Assembly (NCBI GenBank): GCA_030704615.1
Contig: CM060731.1
Coordinates: forward strand, 61,194,001-61,258,000
Source of the DNA: Takakia lepidozioides
Lineage: Eukaryota > Plantae > Bryophyta
Reading direction: 5' to 3'
DNA length: 64,000 nt
Shown here: piece after piece, positions 38,751 to 49,214 of the stretch
Numbering within the stretch: position 1 is the first letter of the stretch
Layout of the letters: every line of letters begins with the position of its first letter
The notes under the pieces: model-generated
Seen by the model: only the letters and a program-made list of their open reading frames with translations
Database searches by the model: none
What the model was told of the DNA's origin: nothing
Position numbers and translations under genes: made by a program

Positions 38751-41719
38751 GGGAGTCAGTCAAGCGACGCTCATAAATAGTGTTTGGGCTTACCATGTGC
38801 TCTAAAACCCACTTTGCTAATATGACTCTGCTACCCAGTGCTTCAGTCTTAGAAAACCAGTCTTTTGTCTTGTACGTCGGAGCACGTGATTCAGAGAAGA
38901 AGTTATCAAGATACCGGTGTACAAGAGTCATTGCGTAATACCCACACTCCCAACAAGACTCCTGCTCCGGGCACACAGCTTGCTCCCAGGGTACCGACAT
39001 GATTGTGCGGCCCTTCCTTGAGTCCGCTGTCTCCCCATATATAGCCAAAGCTATTCGCCGTATAATGGGTTCCATAAAGGCCCGTTTGTGGCACGCCAGC
39101 AGCGAGTTGAAGTGCACAAAGCCACGTGGCTCGCGCACTTTGGAGTTGCGCCCCTCGATAACCAGAACACTCCAATGACCACTACACAGGCAACAGGGGA
39201 TCGTTAGAAGCATAAGGGGGAAATAATTTGACCAAGGAAAGACAAACACAGGGTGAAATACCTTGAGCACAATGGGATGATGTACGTCAGGTGGTCCCAG
39301 TCTTTCCCTGCTTCTAGTCTCGCATCAAGAATGTGCGTTTGTACTCCCTGTTGTACCATCTTCAGCCCTTCCGGGTCGTCCTTTGCAATTTTGTCAACAT
39401 GATCGTAGAGCCACGCCCACATAGTCCACGACACAACTAGAATGTCATCAATGTCGTCTGCATCTACATGGCTGTCCTCTGCAAACCGACAGTACGCCGT
39501 TACCATGTCTCCTGTGGCTTCTCCATGGCGATTCCCCATAGCATCCCAATCCCAATCCCCCAGAGTGCATCTAAGATGACTATCACGCGCGAAGAAGTGA
39601 ACAGTGGACTTCCCTTGAGCATCCAACATTGTCTGAATCTGAGCTCTCAACCTGCACATGCCATTCCCAACATGCAAATCAAACACAAGGGAGCAACAAC
39701 AGGGGGGTAGGGAGCAGGGGGGCACAAAGCAGGGGAGTACAAATAGGGGATCGGGGAAGTGGGAAGCAGAGAAGTATGGGCAAGGGAGCAGGGAAGTTGG
39801 AGGTAAGTAGGGAAGCAGGGAGCAAGAAGAGAGTAGGAGGAACAGGGGAGCAAGATCTGGGGAGCAAGATCTGGGGAGCATGGACAAGGGCAGGGAGCAA
39901 GATGAAGCACACTGGAGGGGAAACTGGGGAGCAACAAAGACCCCTGCATGTATAGGGGAGCAACAAAGACCCCGGGGAATCTGGGGCAGGAATAGGGGAG
40001 AAAGAACAGGGGAGCACAGAGGGGTCCTGCAGGGAGGAAGAGGAAGCTCAACGAGCAGGGAGTATGGACAGGGGAGCAAGGACATGCGAGGAAGGGTGCA
40101 GGGGAGCAGTGGAAGAGGGGGCAGCCACAAAGGAGGTGAAACAGGGGAATAGACAACATTGACAGGGACCATGATGTAGAACTTACCCCACAAGTTCTGT
40201 CCATTGCTCCTACGCCTTCATTTTGTCTTCCTCCTCTTGCAAGTGTTTGTGGTAATCTGTCTTGTCCTTGTACTTGCCTTGCCGAATCTTTGGTCTCTTC
40301 ACCTCCTACTTTTTCTTGTCTTTCCCGACCGCGCGATCAGTCCCCGTCTTCGGCCGCACATCTTCTTCACCACCCTCCGGACGAGGACCTCGAATAGTGA
40401 GCTTCCGTTCTCGTGCTGGTGGATCCCCCTCCTGCATCTGCACATCCGTGGTATGGTGGAGGGGAGCGACAGTCACAGTCACCGAATCTGTTGGTGCTGC
40501 AGATCCGAATGTACTTGTGGTAGAGGGGAGCAAGAGTCCAGCGTTGGTGTGCAGCGTGCCTTACGTACGTGTTGTCAGGGGTGGAAACGCAGGTGGTGGC
40601 ATTGGGTGGAGCAGACACCGCTCCCCTCATCCTTGGTAACGGGGGCACAGAATCCAGCTGCAGAATGCGTCACACTCCATCTTCCTCGTGCGCGCTGGGA
40701 GCCCATAAATTGCCCCTCACAGGGGTTGCAGGTGTATCATGGACTGGCTCCGTGGCGGCGGGGGACCCTTGATGTGCTCGGCTTTGTGGAGGAAGGAGGG
40801 GAAAAAACGGCCCCCCCCTGCACATCACGCATGCCCCCAAACATGTCCTGCCATTCAGAGGTTGAAAGAAACGCATCCAGACTTGCCGAAATTCCAGTTG
40901 CTTGGGAAGTGATGGGGGCCTCATCGGGCTGAGGACTGGGCAGGGGACCAGAGACACAAAGCAAGAGGGGGTCAGAGGACGACTGGGGAGTAGGGAAGTC
41001 GGTGGACGGGGGAGCACAGACAGAAACACAGAGGGGGTCAGACGATGGCTGGGGAGCAGTGAGTGATGTAATCAGGGGAGCAGAGACAGGAAGCAAGAGG
41101 GGGTCACAAGACGGCTGGGAAGCAGACACCGGAATAGTTAGGGGAGCAGAGATGAGAGAGGGGGGGGGGGGGGGGGGGGGGGGGTCAGAGGACATGGGGG
41201 GAGCAGGGACTTCCGTGGGCATGGGACGAGAGACAGCAACACAGAGGGGGTCAGACAATGGCTAGGGAGCAGGGACCTCAATAAGCAGGGGAGCAGAGAC
41301 AGGAGGTAAGAGGGCGTCAGAAGACAACTCAGGAGCAGGGACCTCAGTAGATAGGGGCGCAGAGACCGAAAGCAAGAAGGGGTCGGACGAATTGCGGGAG
41401 GGCAACAAAGCCGTGAGCAGAACCTGTGAGCAGATTCCTGGATGCGTGAGCAGATTCCCCGAAGCGTGAGCAGATTTCGCGCTGGACCCCAAAACCGTGG
41501 GAACAAGTGGGCCTATTTCTGTGGACGCAGTCTCCGCTCCATCGGACCGAAGACAGACAAGCTCCATGACGAGAAAGTGGCACGAATGCACGATGATACA
41601 TTCACGGATGAATGGATTTGGGATGAACGTAAAAGTGTTATGGATGAACGTTGGATGAGCCTGGATGAGAAGTTGTCCAGATGAGGGGTCTAACGAGGAC
41701 TGTATGGGCATGTCTCCTG

Positions 41720-42640
41720 AGGGATCAGCAAGCGCATGCACCAAGCATTAAGGTGTCGTTAACGACATCTTAAATCGCGTGCTCAACATAAGAAATGAAC
41801 CCATGGAACTCGTTGCAAGAAGAAAAATGTGGCCTGGAAAAAATCATAGGGGGAGTTGTAACACTTCTCAGGGAATGACGAATTCAGATGTCTTCAACGA
41901 CATCTTAATCCCCTGCCCTCTTTGAACATGGGAATTTCACCAAACATGATAAAACACAAAATATATATATGTATATATGTAAGCCCAAAAATGGAGAAAG
42001 CTTGGGTTTACTTGAACAAAGTGGATCAATGAAAGTCTCTTGAGGGATCAGCAAGCGCATGCACCAGGCATTAAGGTGTCGTCAACGACATCTTAAATCG
42101 CATGCTCAGCATGAGAAATGAACCCATGAAAATTGTTGCAAGAAAAAAAATGTGGCCTGGAAAAATCATAGGGGGGAGTTGTAACCCTGCTCAAGGAATG
42201 ACGAATTAAGATGTCGTCAACGACATCTTAATCCCCTGCCCTCTTTCAACATGGGAATTTCACCAAACATGATCAATCACAATATATTATATATATATAT
42301 ATATATATGTAAGCCCCAAAATGTAGAAAGGCGTGAGTTTACTTGAACAAAGTGGATCCATGAAGAGTGACTGCATTAGTGGATCTATTAAAAAACATTG
42401 GTGAACTTGCGATAGTGGAGCACATAAAAAAAGATTGCCTGGAGAGACCCATAGGGGGGGACTGTAATCCTGCTCAGGGAAGCACTAATGAAGATGTCGT
42501 CAACGACATCTTAATCCCATGCCCTGTTTGGACATGGGAATTTCACCAAATACGATAAAAGAAAAAATAAATAAATAATAAAAGCCCAAAAATGGGGAAA
42601 GGTTTGGGTTTACTTGAGCAAAGTGGATCCATGGAGAGTG
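41720..42640. repeat. ~320-bp tandem units carrying family-A' palindromes ATTAAGRTGTCGT-NN-ACGACAYCTTAAT
   Basis: Palindromes at 41748-41773, 41881-41909, 42071-42096, 42205-42232 (perfect 13-bp arms) and 42491-42512. Confidence 0.9.
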
Positions 42641-42786
42641 ACTGGTCTCATTTCCAGTAGTGGACAAATTAAGAAACATTGTTGAACTCACGATAGTGGA
42701 GCATATCAAAGTAATTCAGGAAAGTTGAGTCATTGACACATACAAAACTCCGAGAAAACACATCAGATGTCAACTATCCTATCTCT

Positions 42787-45700
42787 CTACAGAAGTGTTT
42801 GAACGTCACAGGAACCCATTGTGCATTGGTGAATGCACGTGTCTCGTTGAGGATCACAAAACATCTTGTGAATGTAGATGTAGTAAAGATGTTTGCATGG
42901 AACAAATTTACCTCTATTTCCAATGGAGCTGTTTATCGTGTTGTCGAAGTCCGAGCATGTGCAATTAGGAAAATTCCCAATAGTAATCTCATAAGTCCAT
43001 AGTGTACACCCGCCCATAGCTTGGAGGGGGGACATTCACAATTTGGGTAACCCGACACTGCAGGGTTCTCGCAGATTCAATTTTGCACTGGTTATTTGCA
43101 CCTGCCTCAACACGACGAACCGGTTTTCCATTCCTTTTTAATTTGGTCGGAAAATACATCCGTACTTTCTGCATTCAGTTTTAGCTATTTCTGCACCATT
43201 TAATCGGCCTGAACAACAAATACGGATCCCCTTCACATATTGGTATTTTTCAATCTGTTGAAATGTAGATCTACAAATTTGTCGAAATGATTTTTTTTGT
43301 TCTGGTTTCCAAGATATTTCTTGAGCAATTGGAGAAGCACTTTGATAAACAGAAGCTATTTTGACTGGCCTAATTGAGGTATTAGTATTGGTTTGATTAG
43401 ATAAGAAAGATTGCACTTCCACCGCCCCGACTGCTTGTTCGTTTTTGGGCTAATAGAGGCCATAAGTCTACAAAGATTTCTGGTCTTCACGTGGAAAGAG
43501 AGACGTGGCTTCTCCAACGGTCCAAGATCTCCAGACAGTCTCTTGGCTGAATGGAAGGAGATCCGGTTTCGTTGGCCAGTCATTCCCATGTGGTGGACGT
43601 GCAGGGAATGCGGATGGCGTACCACGAGATGATGTTGGTGTTAGGACTGTTGGGCCTCTTGGAAGTCGAAACCCTGCAACCTCCAGCATGTCAATCTCTT
43701 GTTTGGAGAGAGATGTTCCGACCTTGACTGGCCAGACAACAGGGATGGCAGGCTTGCTGATGACAAAATCCCGACAAGTCCCCATCACACAACACTGAAT
43801 GTCATCGAGACAGAACCTAAACTTGTGAGGTCTAGACTCCTGAGTAATATTTGAACAAACCTGTGAATGTCGGTGGTGGAGTCCGCCAGTGCCTCTGCAA
43901 ATTTTACTTGTGCACTTCACAAAGGACAGTGCCCTGATAGCAGAACAACCAACTTTCGATCCTTTCAGAGTCCGTTCTATGTGCCACATTGCATCACCAC
44001 AATCGGTCTCCTCAATCGGCAGCAGCATCCGACCTTCTCCCCGTGCCGGAGCTGTGGCATATGTTGCATCGAAATCTGCAGAACAACCTGCATCCACAGA
44101 TGGAGTAGTACATCCGAAATTGGGTGGCACAAACACACGAGGTATGGAGAAATTATCTCTATCATGCCGATGGGAGTCACCCGCCGATCCTGGAGGGGTG
44201 TCCAGTTTGCGCTTGCATGATCCAAATCTCTCCTCACCTTCCAGATGTGGGAGCCTGGACTGCAGAGGTGTTCCAATCGTGTACTCGTTAACAGCCCGCG
44301 CCATTTTTGCAGGATGCTTGCATCTGTTAGCAGCCCTGAGCAGCAACTCTGCCCTGTCCGGCCCCTTACCAGCACCCCGTCCCCTGAGGAAGTCTCGGTA
44401 CTTTATTTGTTGAAAAAGCGGATAAGGTCATCTGCAGTTGCAACATAAAGGTTCCGGCCGTTCTTACCAGATTGCGCCATCCACATATTATGAACAGTCT
44501 CCGCGAGATTGTAGGATGGCATATCCGCAATGTCTTCCAGTGACATATTCTGTAGGTAAATGCCACACACATGCCACTGTTATGGGGAGCAACATTCGAC
44601 TGGACTGGACTGGACAGCAAGGCCGCTGGTGCACACCCCCATATATAAGAAGTTTTGAAAATCATGGTACTATGAGTCTAACTTACAGTGGTCATGAAGG
44701 CACCCCACTGTCTGTATCTGAAGTGCCAAAAGCCCAACCAGTCTTCTAGCTCTTTGATCCCCTCCAGACTCGCCGCCTCAGAGGAGTACCACCATGCTCT
44801 GATAGTCTGAAACATGGCATTTGCTTCCCTTTCTGTGGTGGCATATTTGTATAGACGACATAGTCGTAGGTGCTCCTCTTGCAACTCCAATTTTATGGAA
44901 TTTTTTGTGTGCCGTCGAAGGGATTGGGTCCAATGAAAGAGGCAAGTGCGTTCCCGGCCTTGCATTGGTATTTTCGGGTCACCAGAGCCAAACACAGTCC
45001 GCACAACATTCCAATTAGCTTGTGCGCTCTCTGCCATGAACCCTGTGAAATTTGCATCTGGCAAACCATGAGCTCTCATGACGTTAACTAGAGCCTTCCA
45101 CATAAGAATTTGGGACTCTGTGTCCTCCGACTGCATGTCACAAATAACAATAGTCATAACTCGCTGGTATGTAGGATCATACACATGACAGGCCATGGTC
45201 GTCCAATCCTTCACTCGCTTCACGTGATCAAACATTACCCAGGACTTATGAAGATCACCCCTGGCCTGCATTCTACGCACCAGGCTAACTCCAGAACCCT
45301 CCGCAACTGTGGACATCTTGAACAAGTATACTTTTTGGGACCCTTGTCCTAGGAAAACACTGTCCTGGATGAAGTTGTATCGACTTCTGCGCTTCAATTC
45401 TAGGATGCTATCTACGTATCCTTTGTTGCCTGCCCCAGTCCTAAGGACGTTGATTTGATAATGAGCATTTGGAGAAGCCAATGTTGAGAAATGGTCCATC
45501 ACAAAGTCAAGCGATGCACTATCAAACTTAGTCGTTGTCTCGTCCGACTCCCCCAGCAGATGTTTCTGCAGGAACCCTTTGCTTGTTGCCATAGCAATGG
45601 CTGACGGTGTTGCAGTGGGAGCATTTTGAAATTCTTGCTGAAGTAGCGAACGCACTGTGTCAACACTCTCCTTGCAATCTCCTCGCGACACTGGATGTGC

Positions 45701-46400
45701 ATGGGTGCCCAAATGGATACAAGCCCGTGTGAGGTGGTTGATACGGTGTAGCACGTAGTACATCCGTGCATTGCATTCCGCCATGCACTGTGGCACGACT
45801 TTACAAAACTTGCAAACGATGGACCTGCTCTTTGGAGGAGCACACCCTACTTGAAATGGGTTGTCGCAAACTCCCTCCCACTCCGTCTCGTTTTCCACAC
45901 CGGCCATTTGGAAATGATGGCAATCCAAATTTGCACAACGCAAGTGCCCAGCGCAAATGGATCTCCGAAACTTCAGGCCATGCGAGTCCGACACCATGGG
46001 TGTCCATCGTGTTTCTTGTCCATGCCTGCCATGAGTCCATCCAAACCTCCACATGACGTCGGAGGTGGCAGTTCAAAAACGATGTCTCCATAAAAAATCA
46101 GCGGGTAGAAATTTCGCTCTTTGGATCCGCTGTGTTTCCCAAACAATGCCTCTCACATCGCTCTTGCATCCTGGCAACCCTCTCAACGACTGCAACTTGG
46201 GAATGACACTAATGATCTTCTGGACATCGGGGTCTAGCAGTATAGGAGGGTTCGTAGGAAGAAGGACCTCTGTGACTTTGTCTTCTGAACTGTCCGAGAG
46301 GTCGACAAATGTCGTGGAGGCAGTTTCTTCTGTCTTGATGGGGACTGATTTTGGCGCCTGTGCCACCGAAGCTACTGTTCCAGGCGTGAGTATAGTGTCC
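42787..46400 (-). pseudogene. GCM-domain MULE-like transposase with SWIM finger (element A'), 5' end deleted
   Basis: Paralog of 28248-31647: DKKHDGHPWC, GTHAHPV, MFDHVKRVKDWTTMACHVYDP, ERTCLFHWTQSL, PHLEGEERFGSCKRKLDTPPGS, CTCSDF..PCKH. Confidence 0.88.
43158..43410 (-). other. rps3: NUMT: mitochondrial rps3 C-terminal fragment inserted into the transposase
   Basis: AT-rich block encoding [43 protein letters not shown]. Confidence 0.85.
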
Positions 46401-46401
46401 G

Positions 46402-49214
46402 ATGAAATTTGACAAGCACATACGGATTGCTGACCTTGGGCTGGGAAAGGGGTTTCTGGAGCAGATTCGGATACACTGGAACAAGCCCACCAAGCCTGAG
46501 ATGACACAAGAAAAGATCCACCGTCTGTCGATTTCCATGGTTGAGCCGGCTCAAAAAGTGAGGTGGCGGTCCACTGTAAGCAGGATATGGGCATACCTAT
46601 AATGCACAAATTAAGGTGTCGTTGACGACACCTTAATTTCCCCCTCACAGAAAGAGAAATGAGTCAGTGCACACACCTGTACAACAGACGTTTCATTGCC
46701 TCCTTGCCGTTGTACTGATGATCGAAATCTTTAGATCGAAGAATCCCTCCCTCCTTCTCGAACTCCCGGAAAAATGCATTCTTCCAGAGCTCCCTTCTCC
46801 ATTTACGAACGTAGGACTCAAACTTGATGCTGGGAGATGTCATGGTGATTTTGTAGTCTAGTAGTGACTTCTCCAATGTTTCAATGGCCCGCTTCTCCAG
46901 CTGCAAAAAGAACGACCATATGTGCAATGTTTCAACCATATAAACAGCGAAGTCATTGCGAACAATGTGGAACGTTTGGAAATTCTTACCTGGCTCCAGA
47001 AGGTGGCTTTGTGCAACCATGTCTCAAATGCACGGTCGCTCACTGGTGTCACCACTCCTATCTCAGGGTCCCTATGCGGTTTTGGGAAATTATTTGTGTC
47101 CCGGACGATTGGATCCGAGTTCCAGGGATGGGCGAACCCAAACGATGAAACCACATTGTACATTGCTGACATTGTGAGGGACTGGGCTCGGGCACATTAC
47201 CATGACTGTGGGTGGTACATGGACTGCCCCAAAGCTTCGACTCCTTGGGAGGAGAATGTCATGAGGAATCAGAACGAGAACGCAGATTCACTGGCCCCCT
47301 AGACAGATGAGGAGTTGCAGCAAAGAGCCTTGGCGCTACTGAATAAGAAAGAGCCTATAAAACCGGCCACCCCTGCTGACGGCAAGAATATGCTGGGCCA
47401 GCTGGGGGTTCTGTAGATTTAACTGTGCAACTTGCCAAGAAACAGCAAACACAGGTCACCATCACATCCACCACGGTAGATCGGCGCAATACACACATAG
47501 CAAATAAACGCCCTTACGAAGCACGGCTGTGTGTGTCCAGGGTGGCGGGCCCGCACTTCCAGTGTAAAACGGCCAACGTGAGCTTCCTCTGTATGATGGA
47601 GTCAAGAAAATCCACTTTTGTGGGTGTCAAGTCACCTACATGGGACCATCTGTGCTCTTTCCTCACCCTGGTGAGCACGCCACATCTATCGTAATCTGGT
47701 CATTTTTGTTGCATTGTTGGGAGAGCGTAAGTGGTGAATTAAGGTGTTGTCAACGACATCTTAATATGGGAGGTACAACGGATCACTGGTTCGGGTGTCT
47801 CCACTGCAATTTGTCAATCTCATTCGATTGCCTGTCCTCATTTCAGGTGACCAGGATGGCATGTTAGGTGAATGGAGTGCAGCAACCCTACGCGACAGAT
47901 CTTGTCATCCTTGACATCCCAGATGAGCTTCCAATGCCTCATATCATTCCCACAGATGTGACTCCAGCCTGGAATGCTCATAATCCACTTTATTGGCAGT
48001 GGGCCTTCGCTTTCACCAACAAGTTTCTGTCTGACGCTGGGTCGTTTTTGATTTTCCAGGGTGAGGACATGGCATCCCGCCGGATGCTTCACAGCTACAT
48101 GAAGTCCTCGGGGTTCAAAATCCGCAAAATTTGGACCTGTGTCAACACCCTGCCACTATCTAGTGCAGAGTTTCCCGGGCAGAAGGTACTCACCTGGGCT
48201 TTTTAGTGTGTTATTGTTTCTAGGAATTGCCCTTAACAACGTTTCTAACATTGGTGCTATTGCAGACACATGTGTTCAAGGCCATTTGTCTTGCTCGAAT
48301 TCGGCCAGACACCACTCCTGCTCATGTTGGCCATTTCGACGTTTGGGAAGGGGGGCTTCACATAGACCCGGAATGCGACCCTGTGGAATCCGATGTTATC
48401 CACAACTATGTGGACTCCTCCCAGACATTGAAAAAAACTGGTGGCATTCCATGGAGAGGTGCTCGGGAGAAGTCACCCGCTTTCATGCAGACTTTGATTG
48501 AGACATGCAGCCGACATGGTGGGAAAGTGGTGGACCTGTCCATGGGAACAGGTTGGTGCCCAATCAAATTCCATTTCTTGGGTGCACTTCTTTGCCTTCA
48601 GATTGTGCTTCTTACTTTGTTTCGTGGATCCATTTGCACTGTTGCAGGGGCTTCCTTCCATGCATGCAAGTATGCAGGCAGGCATTTTTTCGGGATGGAG
48701 GGGGACGAGCAGCTCTACTCTCAAGTCATCGCACCTCTGTCTGGGGGTTCATCGCATTCGACCCAGACTGAGAACATTGTTGTGGAGCCGGATCTGCAAG
48801 AGCCCGATGCTCTGGATGTTGATTTCGATTTCTCATGTGAGTAAGTGCTAGTTCAGTTGTGGCAATTCACTGACACGACGGCGCATCCTTCCATTTCCAT
48901 CTTTCCTGCACAAGTTGGGCCAGCTGAATGTATATGGACTTATATTGTTTGTTTGTGTGTACAGGAGCCCAAGGTCGCCACGGTTCCTCCCTTTCTTTGC
49001 AAACCCGCAATTTTTCCCCAGTCCGAAAGCAGATTTTAAATTGCCATGTTATGCGGAGGCTGCAGCTTCGGAATTTAGTCTCCTCTCTTCTCCCCCTGGT
49101 TTGCTTTTAAACAGAGAGGGTTTTGTTCAAAGCAGGGCTAGTGTCTTCATAGACAGTTCTGCCTTCGTTTTGGACGCCGACTCCAGTAGCACAAAATATT
49201 CTTCGTCGGAATGA
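46402..49214 (+). pseudogene. Beta-class N6A/N4C DNA methyltransferase-like gene of A' (5' part deleted; 46515-47115 inverted)
   Basis: Motif IV-like DLVILDIPD (47913-47924), F..TNKFLSDAGSFLIF, GAREKSPAFMQTLIE, motif I VVDLSMGTG|ASFHAC..GRHFFGME; spliced exons ~47848-48185, 48266-48551 and 48648-48836. Confidence 0.75.

Noticed and set aside
41748-42512. Palindromic repeats as a CRISPR array
   Set aside because: Eukaryotic context, irregular 130-290-bp spacing, intervening DNA is itself duplicated, and no cas genes.
28248-46400. The two GCM transposases as arms of one giant inverted repeat
   Set aside because: They are diverged at DNA level, carry different palindromes, and A' has its own TIRs and TSD.
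46922-47115. Plus-strand ORF segment read as part of the MTase gene
   Set aside because: This stretch is the antisense of inverted exons and an intron; only the part after ~47112 is genuine plus-strand coding.
47848-48836. Bacterial restriction-modification contamination
   Set aside because: The gene has GT-AG introns, lies inside a TSD-flanked eukaryotic transposon and has no endonuclease partner.
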